Source: Marispirochaeta sp.
GTDB lineage: Bacteria > Spirochaetota > Spirochaetia > JC444 > Marispirochaetaceae
DNA length: 64,000 nucleotides
Direction of reading: 5' to 3'
Assembly: GCA_963676835.2 (NCBI GenBank)
Contig: CAXXFF010000003.1
Span: 96,001 to 160,000 of the forward strand
The translations under genes and the position numbers were made by a program. Position 1 is the stretch's first letter, and every line of letters starts with the position of its first letter. Below the pieces are notes generated by a model. That model had not been told where the DNA came from and searched no databases. It saw nothing but the letters and a program-made list of their open reading frames with translations. Below are positions 59,131-64,000 of the stretch, piece by piece.

Positions 59131-59589
59131 CTATGCATCAAGAAAACTCATAATCTCATCCACATGGCCTGCTACCTTAACTTTGGGATATACCTTTATT
59201 ACGGTATTGTCACCATCAAGAATAAAAGTAGACCTGATAATCCCCATATAGGATTTTCCGTACATCTTCTTTTCGCCCCAGGCACCGAACTGCTGGATAA
59301 CCTTTTTTTCAGGATCACTGAGCAGATAGAACGGCAATTCATATTTTTCCGCGAAATTACTGTGAGATTTAACCGAATCAGCACTGATCCCTATAACAAC
59401 TGCTCCCTTTGATGTGATAGCAGCATAGTTATCCCTAAAGCCGCATGCCTCTGTTGTACACCCGGGGGTATTATCTTTTGGATAAAAGTAAACAACCTTG
59501 GGTTTACCGGCAAAACTGCTGAGGCTTATCTCCTTTCCTTCCCCGTTTTCAAGGGTAAAATCTGCAATTTTGTCTCTTTCCTGCACCAT
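59131..59589 (-). CDS. bcp: Thioredoxin-dependent thiol peroxidase (BCP/PrxQ)
   Basis: YFYPKDNTPGCTTEACGFRD. Confidence 0.96.
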   Translation of the reverse strand: MVQERDKIADFTLENGEGKEISLSSFAGKPKVVYFYPKDNTPGCTTEACGFRDNYAAITSKGAVVIGISADSVKSHSNFAEKYELPFYLLSDPEKKVIQQFGAWGEKKMYGKSYMGIIRSTFILDGDNTVIKVYPKVKVAGHVDEIMSFLDA

Positions 59590-59800
59590 GGCCGCTCCTT
59601 TTCTGCAAGTATCTTAAAAAAATAATAACGTATTAATCTTTCATTGTTAAGAAAAATACAAATCCTCCAGTCCCCGGGCAAGTTCTCTTTAAGATTCCCG
59701 ATTATCTTGATTTATCCCGTATCTATCGAGTATGCTGGTTCTTCGGTAATACCCAACTTACTGTGCTTGAACAGCGATACCCGATGAAGGAGCTTGAGGA

Positions 59801-60982
59801 ATGGCAATTTCCAGAAAAATATTAGCAACAATGGAGAAATCATCATGGATCCGGCGGATGTTTGAAGCCGGAGGTAAACTGAAAGCCCAGTATGGAGCGG
59901 AAAATGTTTACGACTTCAGCCTTGGTAATCCCAACCTCAATCCGCCGAAAGAGTTTTACGAAACCCTTGCCAGACATTCAGCAAGCCTCTCTTCAGGATT
60001 TCACGGCTATATGCCCAACGCCGGATACCCGGATGTACGGGAAAAAGTAGCCGCTTTTATAAGCAAAGAGTATGAAACACCTGTAACTGCAGGGGATGTA
60101 CTGATGACTGTAGGTGCAGGCGGAGCCCTTAATGTAGCTCTCAAGTCTATCTTAAACCACGGGGATTATGTTATTGCTCCCAGCCCCTGTTTTATGGAAT
60201 ACCAGTTTTATGCGGATAACCATGGAGGCAGTTTAAAACTCGTTCCTTCGGGAGATAATTTTATTCCTGATCTCGATAGAATAGCAGCGGAAATAGGTCC
60301 CAGAACCGCCGCTGTTATTATCAACTCACCCAATAATCCTACCGGAACAGTCTATTCCCAGGAGTTTATGGACAGCCTGGGCGCAATGCTTGAAGAAAAA
60401 AGCAGGGAAAATAACCGGACAATCTATCTTATTTCCGATGAGCCCTACAGAAAAATAATTTTCGGCGATACAAAACCCGGCAGCGTATTTAAATCATATA
60501 AGAACAGCATGATTGTCACCAGTTACTCTAAAGACCTGTCTATTCCTGGAGAACGTATAGGCTGGCTGGCAATACACCCCGAAGCAGAAGACCATGATAA
60601 TCTAGTAAACGCTGCAGTACTCTGTAACCGCATACTGGGATATGTAAACGCCCCGGCCCTTATGCAGCATGTTGTTGGAGAACTCCAGGGGGCTAATATT
60701 GATATTGAGGCTTACAGAGTTAAACGTGATTTAATCTGTAACATTCTTGATGAAGCCGGTTTTGAATTTACCCGGCCGGCAGGAACCTTTTATGTATTTC
60801 CGAAAGCCCCGGGAGGTGATGACCTGCGCACCGTTCAGGCGCTCCAGGAGGAACGAATTCTGGTTGTACCGGGGCGCGGCTTCGGTACTGAAGGTTATTT
60901 TAGAGTGGCTTTTTGTGTTGCAGACAGCACGATCAAAGGATCTGCCGAAGGGTTTAAAAAGGTACGACAACTGCTTGGATAG
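59801..60982 (+). CDS. PLP-dependent class I/II aminotransferase (aspartate/aromatic)
   Basis: SWIRRMFE, FSLGNP, INSPNNPTG, SDEPY, SYSKDLSIPGERIG. Confidence 0.93.
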   Translation: MAISRKILATMEKSSWIRRMFEAGGKLKAQYGAENVYDFSLGNPNLNPPKEFYETLARHSASLSSGFHGYMPNAGYPDVREKVAAFISKEYETPVTAGDVLMTVGAGGALNVALKSILNHGDYVIAPSPCFMEYQFYADNHGGSLKLVPSGDNFIPDLDRIAAEIGPRTAAVIINSPNNPTGTVYSQEFMDSLGAMLEEKSRENNRTIYLISDEPYRKIIFGDTKPGSVFKSYKNSMIVTSYSKDLSIPGERIGWLAIHPEAEDHDNLVNAAVLCNRILGYVNAPALMQHVVGELQGANIDIEAYRVKRDLICNILDEAGFEFTRPAGTFYVFPKAPGGDDLRTVQALQEERILVVPGRGFGTEGYFRVAFCVADSTIKGSAEGFKKVRQLLG

Positions 60983-61017
60983 CAGCTCATTACCGCTTAC
61001 CTCAAACACACCTATCC

Positions 61018-61046
61018 TTGACCCCTCAGGAGTTGTGGCTTAGAAT
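61018..61046 (+). promoter_or_regulatory. iorAB-paaK promoter
   Basis: TTGACC-N17-TAGAAT. Confidence 0.65.
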
Positions 61047-61092
61047 GATTCTCCGATAAATAACAGCAAAGCCTTGCTATAGGAGTCATTCA

Positions 61093-62724
61093 ATGAGTGA
61101 AAGAGTCCTCCTGGGGGATGAAGCGGTTGCACTTGCCGCAGTCCATGCCGGGATCAGTGCCGCTTACGGCTATCCCGGTACTCCCTCCACGGAAATACTT
61201 GAATATCTGATCAACCTTTTTGAAAAAGGAGAAGGTCCCCGGGCATCCTGGTGTACCAACGAAAAGACCGCCTACGAAGACGCCCTGGGTGTCTCTTTTG
61301 TAGGAAAAAGGGTACTGGTTACCATGAAACATGTCGGCCTTAATGTTGCCGCCGACGCTTTTGTTAATTCCGCCCTGCTGAATATCCGCGGAGGACTGGT
61401 TCTTGCAGTCGCCGATGATCCCGGCATGCACAGTTCCCAGAACGAGCAGGATTCACGCTTCTTTGCAGAGTTTTCCAAGATAATCTGCCTGGAACCGCGC
61501 AACCAGCAGGAAGCGTATGATATGACCCGGGAGGCCTTTGATCTTTCCGAGCGTTTCAATATTCCCGTAATGCTCAGGCTGGTAACCCGCCTTGCCCACT
61601 CCAGGGCGATTGTAAAAACAGGTACCGGCCGTAAGGAAAACGGTTTAAGCAAACCGGAAGATAAACGGGGATGGATGCTTCTTCCTGCAACAGCCAGGGT
61701 AAACTATACCAACCTGCTTAATAAACAGAAGGATATACAGGACTGGGCTGTCAGTACAGAATACAACCCCGTTGCAAACCTGCAGGAAGGTAACGCTCCT
61801 CTTGGAGTTATTACCACCGGGCTGGGAAGAAACTATTATGAGGAACATCTTTCGACGGTGGTTACAGAAACAGGAAAACCGCTTCCTCATCTGCACATTA
61901 GTGCATATCCCCCTCCATTAGAAAAGATTCATGCCCTTGGAAACTCCTGTGACGAACTGCTGATAGTTGAGGAAGGGTATCCATTTATCGAGGAGAAAAT
62001 CCGCGGTATTTTTGCTCCGACTTTTGCGGTTAAAGGAAAACTGGACGGAACAATACCACGTACCGGAGAACTCACTCCGGAAACAGTCAGTGCCGCCCTG
62101 GGTCTTTCTTCTCCAGAAAAGAGAAAGGCTCCCGGTGTGGAAGTTCCCGGCCGTCCGCCTCAGCTCTGTAAAGGATGCCCCCACATTGATACATATCTTG
62201 CCATCAATGCCGCTATAGAAGGTGATCCTGATGCTGTGGTCACTTCGGATATCGGATGCTATGCCCTTGGAGCCTTACCCCCTTACCAGTCAATTGAAAC
62301 GATTGTATGTATGGGCGCATCTATCGGTATGGCAAAAGGCGCTGCCGAAGCGGGTGTAAAAAAAGTTATAGCCACCATCGGTGACAGTACTTTTCTGCAC
62401 TCCGGCCTTACCTCACTGATTGATGCTGCCGCAGCGGATGCCCCCATGACTGTTGTTATTCTCGATAATGAAACCGTGGGTATGACCGGGGGACAGGAAA
62501 CCATGCTGCCTACATCCCGGGTACGCCGAATGCTTGAAGGGCTGGAACTTGATCCCGCCCACCTGCGAACAATGATCCCCTTAAAAAAGCATGCCGATGA
62601 AAACAAAAAAATAATCGAGGAAGAGCTTGCTCATCCCGGGCTGTCGGTAATTGTCTCAATACGGGAGTGTCTTGAAACAGCTAAGCGTCACCGCAAAACC
62701 GGCGAGAAGGGAGCACAAGCATAA
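61093..62724 (+). CDS. iorA: Indolepyruvate:ferredoxin oxidoreductase alpha subunit
   Basis: GYPGTPSTE, NEKTAYE, MKHVGLNVAAD, DDPGMHSSQNEQD, RPPQLCKGCPH, GDSTFLHSG. Confidence 0.95.
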   Translation: MSERVLLGDEAVALAAVHAGISAAYGYPGTPSTEILEYLINLFEKGEGPRASWCTNEKTAYEDALGVSFVGKRVLVTMKHVGLNVAADAFVNSALLNIRGGLVLAVADDPGMHSSQNEQDSRFFAEFSKIICLEPRNQQEAYDMTREAFDLSERFNIPVMLRLVTRLAHSRAIVKTGTGRKENGLSKPEDKRGWMLLPATARVNYTNLLNKQKDIQDWAVSTEYNPVANLQEGNAPLGVITTGLGRNYYEEHLSTVVTETGKPLPHLHISAYPPPLEKIHALGNSCDELLIVEEGYPFIEEKIRGIFAPTFAVKGKLDGTIPRTGELTPETVSAALGLSSPEKRKAPGVEVPGRPPQLCKGCPHIDTYLAINAAIEGDPDAVVTSDIGCYALGALPPYQSIETIVCMGASIGMAKGAAEAGVKKVIATIGDSTFLHSGLTSLIDAAAADAPMTVVILDNETVGMTGGQETMLPTSRVRRMLEGLELDPAHLRTMIPLKKHADENKKIIEEELAHPGLSVIVSIRECLETAKRHRKTGEKGAQA

Positions 62725-63302
62725 TGAAATACGATATTATTCTCGCCGGCGTCGGCGGACAGGGAACCTTAAGTGTTGCGGCCATTATTGCTGCATCTGC
62801 CCTCAAACAGGGATTAACCGTTCGTCAGTCTGAAATACACGGTATGAGTCAACGTGGAGGTGCAGTTGTTTCACATCTACGTCTTTCCGACAGTGTAATT
62901 TCATCCGATCTTATACCCCAGGGAACAGGGGACCTGCTTCTCAGCATGGAGCCCCTGGAAGCACTTCGCCACCTGGAATATCTTTCTCCCGAAGGCAGCC
63001 TTATTTGTGCCGAAGAAAGCGTTGAAAACATTGCGGTGTACCCTTCTCTGGATGAAATTCATAAGGCCATAGAATCCCAGCCTGGCTCTAAACTGATTGA
63101 TGCCCGGTCACTGGCAAAGGATGCAGGCAGCCTCAAGGCAGTGAACATTGTTATGATCGGTGCAGCATCCTCGGCAATTCCAATTTCGGAAGAGAACTTC
63201 CTTTCCGCCATTGATGAGCGTTTTGCATCAAAAGGTGAAGCTGTTCAGGAAGCCAACAGAAAAGCCTTTAAAACAGCCCGCGGAGACTCCTCCGATGCCT
63301 GA
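62724..63302 (+). CDS. iorB: Indolepyruvate:ferredoxin oxidoreductase beta subunit
   Basis: LAGVGGQG, SEIHGMSQRGGAV, EPLEALR, NIVMIGA. Confidence 0.95.
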   Translation: MKYDIILAGVGGQGTLSVAAIIAASALKQGLTVRQSEIHGMSQRGGAVVSHLRLSDSVISSDLIPQGTGDLLLSMEPLEALRHLEYLSPEGSLICAEESVENIAVYPSLDEIHKAIESQPGSKLIDARSLAKDAGSLKAVNIVMIGAASSAIPISEENFLSAIDERFASKGEAVQEANRKAFKTARGDSSDA

Positions 63303-64000
63303 TACTGCGCGGTCCATAGCGTTTCACAGTAAAGCAGTTGAAACTGCGAGCAGAGCCGAAATAGAAAATATCCAGCTGGAAAGACTTAAAACCACGGTAT
63401 CTTACGCCCTGAAAACGCCATTCTACCAGGAACGTCTTGGCGGCATCGGGCTTACAAGCTCTGAAGATATAAAAACCCTGGACGACCTTAATAAGATACC
63501 CTTTACTACAAAGGACGATCTTCGCAGTGCCTTTCCATACGGGCTGCTCTCTGTACCACGGGAAGAGGTTTTACGTCTGCATGCATCTTCCGGAACCACC
63601 GGTACGCCTACGGTTATCTATCATAACCGCAACGACCTTGATGCCTGGACTGATCTTTCAGCCCGCTCAATTGTCTGTACCGGCGCTACTACCAGTGACG
63701 TATTTCAGAATATGATGACCTATGGCCTTTTTACCGGCGGTCTTGGGCTCCATTATGGAGCGGAAGCTGCAGGTCTGCTGGTTATTCCTGCAAGCAGCGG
63801 TAACACCAAGAGGCAGTTTAAACTCATGAAGGATTTTGAATCCACCATGGTACATGCCACTCCCAGCTACATGCTTCATCTCTGGTCCAAACTGGAGGAA
63901 GAGGGAATCAAGCTTGAAGACCTTAAACTCAAAAAAGCCCTTGTGGGCGCAGAGCCCCACAGTGAGGATATCCGCCGGAAAATCGAATCACTGTATAAAA
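63295..64000 (+). CDS. paaK: Phenylacetate-CoA ligase family protein, runs off the window edge
   Basis: Not in the ORF track; translated by hand. IPFTTKDDLR..FPYGL, RLHASSGTTGTP, YGLFTGGLGLHYGAE, ATPSY, GAEP. Confidence 0.93.
   Translation, partial: MPDTARSIAFHSKAVETASRAEIENIQLERLKTTVSYALKTPFYQERLGGIGLTSSEDIKTLDDLNKIPFTTKDDLRSAFPYGLLSVPREEVLRLHASSGTTGTPTVIYHNRNDLDAWTDLSARSIVCTGATTSDVFQNMMTYGLFTGGLGLHYGAEAAGLLVIPASSGNTKRQFKLMKDFESTMVHATPSYMLHLWSKLEEEGIKLEDLKLKKALVGAEPHSEDIRRKIESLYK

Noticed and set aside
59741..59800. Possible riboswitch in the aminotransferase leader (CTTC/GAAG and CTGT/ACAG pairings)
   Set aside because: Stems are short and match no riboswitch consensus I recognise; an Rfam search would be needed

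Overview
Core-genome segment of an anaerobic spirochaete, probably a free-living Spirochaetaceae member. This is inferred from gene order (rpsB-tsf-frr-uppS-cdsA-dxr-rseP without pyrH; proA before proB; tRNAs-tig-clpP-clpX-lon), tRNA-Arg(UCG) and protein style. It holds about 55 CDS, 5 tRNAs and several recognisable regulatory elements (LacI operator, tandem NrdR boxes, S6:S18 and S2-type leaders, terminators). I see no integrase, transposase, CRISPR array, prophage or defence island, and no clearly new multi-gene system. The most unusual items are small: (1) a 53-codon ORF with its own RBS that appears to join the N- and C-termini of isocitrate dehydrogenase; (2) repeated leaderless-type promoters in front of nucleic-acid processing genes; (3) a three-hairpin element between ssb and rpsR; (4) a RarA-methyltransferase fusion with a perfect palindrome over its promoter; (5) 22-bp phased sites upstream of an Lrp/AsnC gene heading proA-proB; (6) an HExxH lipoprotein next to degenerate NTase-like and 2H-like genes. 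All family calls come from motif recognition by eye; no searches were run.
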